64,000 bases of DNA from Nitrospina sp. UBA6727. GTDB taxonomy: Bacteria; Nitrospinota; Nitrospinia; Nitrospinales; VA-1. This document shows, one piece after another, positions 57,632 through 64,000 of this stretch. Made by a program: the position numbers and the translations under genes. Numbering within the stretch: the first letter of the stretch is position 1; each line of letters begins with the position of its first letter. The stretch is taken from positions 691-64,690 of the forward strand of contig DKID01000026.1 in assembly GCA_002454045.1 (NCBI GenBank), given 5' to 3'. Below the pieces are notes generated by a model that worked only from the letters and a program-made list of their open reading frames with translations, was not told where the DNA came from and did no database searches.

Positions 57632-57678
57632 TGAAAAAAGTCGGCGGATATATTTTCTCAAACGGGTAAAATCATAAT

Positions 57679-58515
57679 ATGTTTACAGGCGAAAAACCAG
57701 ACCTGCTCGACATCATGCCTTTCCGTGACGACAGCATTTATGTGGTAGGAAAGGACGGCGTTCCCCAGCACTGGGATGGCGACGAATGGTTGCCCGTCAG
57801 AACCGAGAACACCAATCCGCTGATGGGTATTTGGGGACCGCACGAAAAATATATTTACGCCGTCGGCATTGGCGGCGTCGTCCTTTTTTACAACGGCACG
57901 GAATGGAAGCAGGTGGAAACGGGCAGTTACGATTCTCTCAACTCCGTGTATGGCTTCGACGAAAGCAACATTTTTCTTTACGGCGTCGGCGGGCGGATGC
58001 TCTACTGGAATGGCGACAAATGGGACTACCGCGAACCCAACACCATTCACGATTTGTTCGGCATGTGGGGCGAGGACATCGAACATATTCACACGGTGGG
58101 AGGGGAGGGGATTTATCGTTTTTATAACGGCAAAGAATTTCAGCGCCGCGAAGATTTGACCGACGAAACAGTTTCCCTGTTCGGCGTTTGGGGTACCAAT
58201 AACAGCAACGTTTATATTTGTGGTTCCCGCGGTACAATTTTGCGGTACGACGGAACGGATTGGAAGCCCATGCAATCGGGGACCGAAGAGTACCTTCTGA
58301 GCATATGGGGGTCGTCCAGCGAAAATATTTTTGTGGTCGGCGACAATGCAATCATGCTCCATTACGACGGCGAAAAATGGTCGCCCGTTCCGTTACCGAA
58401 AGAAGAATATTTGACAAAAGTCAGAGGGCTCGGTCCGAATCAAATATACGCCGTCGGCGAAAACGGGACGGTGATCAAATATGACGGCGAGGAATGGAGC
58501 GACATGTCTATATGA
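57679..58515 (+). CDS. Seven-repeat Trp/Gly-rich beta-propeller protein, paralog 1
   Basis: About 40-aa repeats L..IWG.s..niyaVG..G.il.YDG..W..m. No signal peptide. Confidence 0.85.
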   Translation: MFTGEKPDLLDIMPFRDDSIYVVGKDGVPQHWDGDEWLPVRTENTNPLMGIWGPHEKYIYAVGIGGVVLFYNGTEWKQVETGSYDSLNSVYGFDESNIFLYGVGGRMLYWNGDKWDYREPNTIHDLFGMWGEDIEHIHTVGGEGIYRFYNGKEFQRREDLTDETVSLFGVWGTNNSNVYICGSRGTILRYDGTDWKPMQSGTEEYLLSIWGSSSENIFVVGDNAIMLHYDGEKWSPVPLPKEEYLTKVRGLGPNQIYAVGENGTVIKYDGEEWSDMSI

Positions 58516-58561
58516 TTGCGCAGCGTCGGTCAGAATGTAGCGACAACTTTCGGGAGCAATT

Positions 58562-59395
58562 ATGTCTGCCCTGACCTCCAGCCATCTGCTTTCCATTTTC
58601 GGATTGAGCGCCGACGATATTTTTGTCGGCGGCGCCGAAGGTACCTTGTTGCATTACGACGGTCGGCAATGGTCGCCGATGGAAACGGGGGGGCGTTGGA
58701 CCTTCAAGAATATTTGGGGCAGCGCGCCGGATAACGTTTACGCGGTCGTGACCGACGGAAAAATTCTTCACTACGACGGCAAAGTTTGGTCGTCCGACGA
58801 CGACGCGGAAAAACTTCCGCCGATGACCGGAATTTTTGGTCTCGGTGCGGACGAAATCTACGCCTGCTCCAGGCTAGGTAAAATCTTGCGCTACGACGGC
58901 AACGCGTGGAAGTTCACGCAAACGGGAACCGACACGGACATAACCCGATTATGGGGATGCAAAGAAAGCGGGATGCTCGCCGTGGGTTACGACGGCTTAG
59001 TGCTCAAGCAGGATGGCGACCGTTGGGCGCGCATGACCTTCAACTCTAACGCGGAGTTTTACGGCGTCTACGGATTCGGTCCCGATGATATTTATATCGT
59101 GGGTTCCGACGGCGCCATTTTCAAATTCAATGGCGTCGAGTTCACCGAAATGTCTTCCCAAACTATGGATTTTTTTCTCGACGTCTGGGGACCTTCCGCG
59201 GAAATGGTGTTCGCGGTGGGCGACGAAGGAATGATTCTTTATCTTGATGGCGATCAATGGACTCGGATAGAATCCAACACCAAAGAATATCTCGCCGCCA
59301 TCTGGGGTAGTAGCGACGAAAATATCTACGCCGTAGGAGACAACGGCTTGATTCTGCATTGGAACGGGGAAGACTGGAAAGCCGTAGAAGGCTGA
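58562..59395 (+). CDS. Seven-repeat Trp/Gly-rich beta-propeller protein, paralog 2
   Basis: Same repeat (e.g. LAAIWGSSDENIYAVGDNGLILHWNGEDW). GGGAG SD. Confidence 0.85.
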   Translation: MSALTSSHLLSIFGLSADDIFVGGAEGTLLHYDGRQWSPMETGGRWTFKNIWGSAPDNVYAVVTDGKILHYDGKVWSSDDDAEKLPPMTGIFGLGADEIYACSRLGKILRYDGNAWKFTQTGTDTDITRLWGCKESGMLAVGYDGLVLKQDGDRWARMTFNSNAEFYGVYGFGPDDIYIVGSDGAIFKFNGVEFTEMSSQTMDFFLDVWGPSAEMVFAVGDEGMILYLDGDQWTRIESNTKEYLAAIWGSSDENIYAVGDNGLILHWNGEDWKAVEG

Positions 59396-59454
59396 CGCAC
59401 TCGACCCCGCCGCGGTCGGCAACTTTTCGCTCACCAACATTCGCACATCTTTTT

Positions 59455-60948
59455 ATGTTCCAACCATCGCTAGAAAATTTTAAGGAGAAAGCGCGGTCGG
59501 GAAACTTGATTCCTGTCTATAAAGAAATTCTCGCCGACCTTGATACTCCTGTGTCTGCGTATATGAAAATCTGTGGCGGGGAATATTCTTTTTTATTAGA
59601 GAGCGTTGAAGGTGGCGAGAGGTGGGCGCGTTACTGCTTCCTAGGTTGCGACCCGTCAATCGTGGTCAGCACCAAAGGCAAACTTTTGACGATAACGGAA
59701 AACGGAAAACGCGAACAAAAAAAAATTAAATCAGGAAGCCCCCTCGCCGCGATAAAAAAAATCATGGCTCGCTACCGTCCCGTTTCATTCCCCGGAGTGC
59801 CGCGGTTTTCAGGCGGCGCCGTGGGATTTGTCAGTTATGACATGGTGCGCTTTTTCGAGAAACTTCCCGAACAAACGACGGACGATCTCAACGTCCCGGA
59901 CTTGCAGTTCGTCATCACCGACACCATGCTGGTGTTTGACAACGTTTCGCAGACCATCAAAATTATTTCCAACGCGTTTATAGACGGCGATGATTTGTCC
60001 GCCGTGTATGAAAAAACAATACAAAAAATTTCCGCGTTGGAAGAAAAGTTGCGCTCGCCCCTTCCGAAGACGGTGGCACCGAAACGAAAAAAAGATTCCG
60101 CCGCGCCGTTGAGTTTCGACTCCAATATGGAAGAGAAAAAGTTTAAGCAGGCGGTAACCCGAATCAAAAAATATATTCAAGACGGCGACGCCATCCAGGT
60201 TGTACTTTCCCAGCGGTTAAAATTTTCCATCGACCACGACGCGTTCGATATATACAGGGCGCTGCGCACCATCAATCCATCGCCGTATATGTATTACCTA
60301 AAATTTGGCGAACTGCAGGTGGTCGGTTCGTCCCCGGAAGTTTTGGTTCGACTGGAGGACGACAAGGTTGAAGTCCGCCCCATCGCCGGAACGCGCAAGC
60401 GGGGAAAAGATGAGCAAGAAGACCGCGCACTCGAACAGGATTTATTGAGCGACGAAAAAGAACGCGCCGAGCACATCATGCTGGTGGACTTGGGGCGAAA
60501 CGATCTTGGCCGCGTGGCGGAAATCAGCACCGTAGAAGTCGATGAAGAGTTTAGCATCGAGCGATACTCCCACGTCATGCATATCGTTTCCAACGTGCGC
60601 GGAGTTTTGAAAAAAGGCTTGGATTGTTTTGATGTCATGGAAGCGGTTTTCCCCGCCGGCACTCTTTCCGGCGCTCCAAAAATAAGAGCCATGGAAATCA
60701 TTGACGAACTCGAACCAACCCGCCGCGGCCTTTATGGCGGGGCGGTCGGCTACATCAGTTTCAACGGCAACATGGACACCGCCATCGCCATCAGGACTTT
60801 GCTGATCAAAGGCAACACCGCTTATCTTGGAGTGGGGGCTGGGATTGTTGCTGACTCGGATCCCGAAAATGAATTTGAAGAGACGATGAACAAAGGGAGG
60901 GCTTTACTGAAAGCAATCGCGGCGGCGAAAGAAGGATTGGTTGCATGA
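59455..60948 (+). CDS. trpE: Anthranilate synthase component I
   Basis: [20 protein letters not shown]...RY, QVVLSQR, NPSPYM, PIAGTR and [17 protein letters not shown]. Start ATG 59455. Confidence 0.96.
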   Translation: MFQPSLENFKEKARSGNLIPVYKEILADLDTPVSAYMKICGGEYSFLLESVEGGERWARYCFLGCDPSIVVSTKGKLLTITENGKREQKKIKSGSPLAAIKKIMARYRPVSFPGVPRFSGGAVGFVSYDMVRFFEKLPEQTTDDLNVPDLQFVITDTMLVFDNVSQTIKIISNAFIDGDDLSAVYEKTIQKISALEEKLRSPLPKTVAPKRKKDSAAPLSFDSNMEEKKFKQAVTRIKKYIQDGDAIQVVLSQRLKFSIDHDAFDIYRALRTINPSPYMYYLKFGELQVVGSSPEVLVRLEDDKVEVRPIAGTRKRGKDEQEDRALEQDLLSDEKERAEHIMLVDLGRNDLGRVAEISTVEVDEEFSIERYSHVMHIVSNVRGVLKKGLDCFDVMEAVFPAGTLSGAPKIRAMEIIDELEPTRRGLYGGAVGYISFNGNMDTAIAIRTLLIKGNTAYLGVGAGIVADSDPENEFEETMNKGRALLKAIAAAKEGLVA

Positions 60949-61517
60949 TTCTGATGATCGATAATTACGATTCGTTCACCTATAATCTGGTGCAATACAT
61001 GGGCGAGTTAGGCGCGACGGTACGCGTGCATCGCAACGACAAAATAAGTCTTCAAGAAATTGAACGGTTGCATCCGGAAAAGATCGTCGTCTCGCCCGGT
61101 CCCTGCACTCCCGCCAAAGCCGGAATATCGGTGGAGGCGGTCAAACATTTTGCGGGGAAAATTCCGATTCTGGGAGTTTGCCTGGGACATCAGTCGGTCG
61201 GTGCGGCGTTTGGTGGCGAGATTATCAAGGCTGGGCGACTGATGCACGGCAAGACCTCGATGATTCGGCACGACGGAAAAACTTTGTTCAAAAATCTTCC
61301 CGACCCGTTTGAAGCAACCCGATATCATTCGCTGGTTTTGAACCGCAATAGTTTGCCGGATTGTTTCGAAATTTCCGCGGAGAGTGAGGACGACGAAATC
61401 ATGGGAATCCGCCACAAAGAACTTGCCGTGGAAGGCGTGCAGTTTCATCCCGAATCTATTTTGACGGCTTGCGGAAAAGCGTTGCTGAAAAACTTTATCG
61501 ACGGCAACCGCGCATGA
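60945..61517 (+). CDS. trpG: Anthranilate synthase component II (glutamine amidotransferase)
   Basis: [28 protein letters not shown] and QFHPES motifs. Confidence 0.96.
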   Translation: MILMIDNYDSFTYNLVQYMGELGATVRVHRNDKISLQEIERLHPEKIVVSPGPCTPAKAGISVEAVKHFAGKIPILGVCLGHQSVGAAFGGEIIKAGRLMHGKTSMIRHDGKTLFKNLPDPFEATRYHSLVLNRNSLPDCFEISAESEDDEIMGIRHKELAVEGVQFHPESILTACGKALLKNFIDGNRA

Positions 61518-62536
61518 CTTTTCTGACGAGCCTTCATACTCTCGTCGACGGTAACGATCTGACCGAGGACGAAATGGTTTCCGCCATGACGGCGATCATG
61601 GAAGGAAAAGTGCCGGACTCGCAACTCGCCGCGTTTTTGACGGCGTTGCATACGAAGGGCGAAACCGTTGCCGAAATTGTCGGCGCGGCTCGTGTGATGC
61701 GGGCAAAATCTGAAAGACTAAACATCAAATCGACTCCGCTGTTAGACACTTGCGGGACGGGCGGCGACGGGGCAAACACCTTCAACATATCCACCGCCAC
61801 CGCTTTAGTCGCGGCGGGGGCGGGAGTGAAAGTCGCCAAGCACGGCAACCGCGCTGTGTCTAGTCGGTGCGGAAGCGCGGATGTTTTGAAATGCTTGGGC
61901 GTGAATTTGGATGCCAGTCCCGCGACCGTGAGCCGTTGCGTCGATGAAGTGGGATTAGGTTTTTTGTTTGCTCCGTCAATGCACAAAGCGATGAAGCACG
62001 CCGTTGGCGTCAGGAAGGAATTGGGCTTCCGCACAATTTTCAATTTATTAGGACCGCTGACCAACCCGGCCAATGCCCAAACTCAGGTGCTCGGTGTTTT
62101 TGATGTTGGATGGGTTCAGCCTTTGGCGGCGGTTCTTCGCGACTTGGGTTGCGTTCGCGCGTTGGTGGTTCACGGTTGCGACGGTTTGGATGAAATCACA
62201 TTGACGGGTGAAAGCCGCGTCGCAGAATTAAAGAATGGGGAAATAACGACCCGCGATTTTGACCCGCGCGAACTTGGCTTTAAACATTGCCGCGCGGATG
62301 ATCTCAAAGGAGGAACTCCGAAAAAAAACGCCGCGATAATTCAGGAAATACTGCGCGGAGAAAAAGGACCAAAGAGAGATGTTGTGCTCTTAAATTCCGC
62401 CGCGGCGATTTATGTGGCGGGAAAATCCGACTCGCTGGATTCGGGAATCCAACAAGCCGTTGCCTCGATTGAGTCAGGAAAGGCGCGGGATAAACTGGAA
62501 GGTCTATGTAGAATCACGAATTCCGTGACAGTTTAA
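61514..62536 (+). CDS. trpD: Anthranilate phosphoribosyltransferase
   Basis: [40 protein letters not shown] and GLDE motifs. Confidence 0.96.
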   Translation: MTFLTSLHTLVDGNDLTEDEMVSAMTAIMEGKVPDSQLAAFLTALHTKGETVAEIVGAARVMRAKSERLNIKSTPLLDTCGTGGDGANTFNISTATALVAAGAGVKVAKHGNRAVSSRCGSADVLKCLGVNLDASPATVSRCVDEVGLGFLFAPSMHKAMKHAVGVRKELGFRTIFNLLGPLTNPANAQTQVLGVFDVGWVQPLAAVLRDLGCVRALVVHGCDGLDEITLTGESRVAELKNGEITTRDFDPRELGFKHCRADDLKGGTPKKNAAIIQEILRGEKGPKRDVVLLNSAAAIYVAGKSDSLDSGIQQAVASIESGKARDKLEGLCRITNSVTV

Positions 62537-62553
62537 AAACATGGTTTTTCGAA

Positions 62554-63372
62554 ATGCCAAATATACTCGATAAGATTTTTGCGGAGAAACAAAAAGAGTT
62601 GGCGGGTACGAAACGCAATTCCCCTTTGTCGCAAATCAAACAGCGCATCAAGGATCAGGCACCCGTCCGCGATATTTTCAAAACTCTTGACGAGGGGAAA
62701 TGCGCAACGAAAATTATCGCGGAAATTAAACGGCGCACGCCATTTAAGGGGGAACTCCGCGAAAATTTTAACGCCCTTGAAATCGCCGCGGAGTATATCA
62801 ATCACGGCGCGGTCACACTTTCTGTTTTAACGGAAAGCAATTATTTCGGCGGCGATATTAAAATCCTGGAAGCAGTGAGAGCCATCGCGTCGGTCCCTTT
62901 ACTCCGCAAAGATTTCATTAGCGACGAATACCAAGTTTATGAATCCAGAGCGTACGGCGCAGACCTGTTTTTGTTAATCGCTACACGGCTAGACCAAAAT
63001 CAGTTGGCCGACTTGCTTCTGTTGGGAAAGGAGTTGGGCTTGTCGGCGTTGGTGGAAACCCATGACGAATGGGATATGGAAAAAGTTTTTCATGCCAAAG
63101 CGAATTTAATCGGGATCAACAACCGTGACCTTACCAACGGGAAAACCGATTTAGACATTGCCAGACGATTGATCCCCATGGCGTTGCAGGAAGCGGGCAA
63201 CACCTTGGTCTGCGAAAGCGGCATCAGCGGCAGGGAAGAAATTGAAGAGTTTGAAAAGTTGGGGGCGCATGCGTTTTTAATCGGCGAAAGTTTGATGACC
63301 GCGAAAAGTATTCCTGAAAAATTAAAGATGCTATTAGGCAATGATGATTCCAAATCCACAAGTCAAAGTTAA
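62554..63372 (+). CDS. trpC: Indole-3-glycerol phosphate synthase
   Basis: IAEIKR..P.KG, SVLTE..YF.G, LRKDF, GINNRDL, ESGI and LIGESLM motifs. Confidence 0.96.
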   Translation: MPNILDKIFAEKQKELAGTKRNSPLSQIKQRIKDQAPVRDIFKTLDEGKCATKIIAEIKRRTPFKGELRENFNALEIAAEYINHGAVTLSVLTESNYFGGDIKILEAVRAIASVPLLRKDFISDEYQVYESRAYGADLFLLIATRLDQNQLADLLLLGKELGLSALVETHDEWDMEKVFHAKANLIGINNRDLTNGKTDLDIARRLIPMALQEAGNTLVCESGISGREEIEEFEKLGAHAFLIGESLMTAKSIPEKLKMLLGNDDSKSTSQS

Positions 63373-63979
63373 AATCTGCGGCATGACGCAATTAAAGGAC
63401 GCGCTGTTTGCCGCGGAGCAGGGCGCCGATGCCGTCGGTTTCATTTTCTATAACAAGAGTCCGCGTTCGATTACCATGAAGGCGGCGCGGGAAATAATAT
63501 CGAGGCTGCCGCCTTTCGTCGATACGGTCGGTGTTTTCGTCAACGAAACGGTTGCACGGATAAACAAAGTTGCTGAACATTGCGGTTTGGATTTGGTGCA
63601 GTTGCACGGTGAAGAGTCTCCGGCGTTCTGCCGAAAAATTCACCGCCGCGTGATCAAAACATTTCGGATTAAAGATATTCAATCCCTTAAACAATTAGAG
63701 AAATATCCCGTCAGCGGTTTTCTTTTGGATACGTTTTCCGAAAACCTGCGCGGGGGAACGGGAAAAGTTTTTGACTGGAAGTTGGTTCATCCCGCAAAAA
63801 AAGTAGGACCGATTATTCTGGCGGGAGGACTGACGCCTCGCAATATCCGCCGCGCCATCAGGCAGGTTCGCCCTTACGGAGTTGATGCGTGCTCGGGCGT
63901 GGAAAAGTCGCCGGGCATCAAAGACCGCGAAAAGGTGCGCGCGTTTTTGGAAAATATCAGACACGGGAGCAAATCATGA
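63341..63979 (+). CDS. trpF: Phosphoribosylanthranilate isomerase
   Basis: VKICG, GADAVGF.F...SPR, QLHG.E, GGTG..FDW, LAGGL and SGVE..PG.KD motifs. Confidence 0.95.
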   Translation: MMIPNPQVKVKICGMTQLKDALFAAEQGADAVGFIFYNKSPRSITMKAAREIISRLPPFVDTVGVFVNETVARINKVAEHCGLDLVQLHGEESPAFCRKIHRRVIKTFRIKDIQSLKQLEKYPVSGFLLDTFSENLRGGTGKVFDWKLVHPAKKVGPIILAGGLTPRNIRRAIRQVRPYGVDACSGVEKSPGIKDREKVRAFLENIRHGSKS

Positions 63980-64000
63980 AGCCGCACGAACAACCCGATT
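63976..64000 (+). CDS. Start of the next gene, probably tryptophan synthase beta (truncated by the window)
   Basis: ATGA overlap with the trpF stop; reads MKPHEQPD. Identity inferred from operon order only. Confidence 0.45.

Noticed and set aside
57658-58771. Long minus-strand ORFs over the propeller genes (likewise 8652..9254, 18360..18980, 36723..37367, 56435..57094)
   Set aside because: Antisense shadows of well-supported genes, with no independent motifs.
59396-59454. trp attenuator or T-box leader
   Set aside because: Only 59 bp, with no Trp-codon leader peptide, no T-box motif and no clear terminator.

Overview
A gene-dense, mostly housekeeping bacterial window. The gene content (SorAB, split-type tRNA nucleotidyltransferase, ilvNC-psd-pssA order, Bat operon, anaerobic-route cobalamin genes) suggests a Nitrospinota or deltaproteobacteria-like chromosome; this taxonomy is inference. 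From left to right: a truncated dual-OB gene missed by the ORF track; cysE-iscS; a cobalamin-riboswitch-controlled operon made of a secreted 8-repeat YVTN beta-propeller plus cbiX-C-D-L-F-G-H-J, with cobQ upstream; an esterase, a CC-adding-type nucleotidyltransferase and a MinD-like ATPase; site-2 protease-trpS-ileS-lspA; sorAB plus a Cys-less DJ-1 protein; yajQ, gdhA, tRNA-fMet and a ferredoxin; an orphan ABC substrate-binding protein; a PCP_red-ChdC/HemQ fusion; ilvN-ilvC-psd-pssA-accD; nth, rph, Ca/Na antiporter, SPOR protein, pyrD and alr; DUF1566 and FGE-like genes; a small defence islet (nonsense-interrupted mrr, a membrane protein, a PGN_0703-like nuclease with an internal 78-bp duplication); ampG and an esterase; a MoxR/Bat operon with an inserted Bax-inhibitor-1 gene; an LRR protein and two tandem 7-repeat propellers; and trpEGDCF plus the start of a probable trpB. 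No CRISPR array, rRNA, integrase or transposase was seen. The best candidate for a new system is the riboswitch-led, His/Met/Cys-bearing exported propeller at the head of the cbi operon, a possible cobalt or corrinoid capture protein. All family assignments come from motif recognition by eye; no database searches were run.
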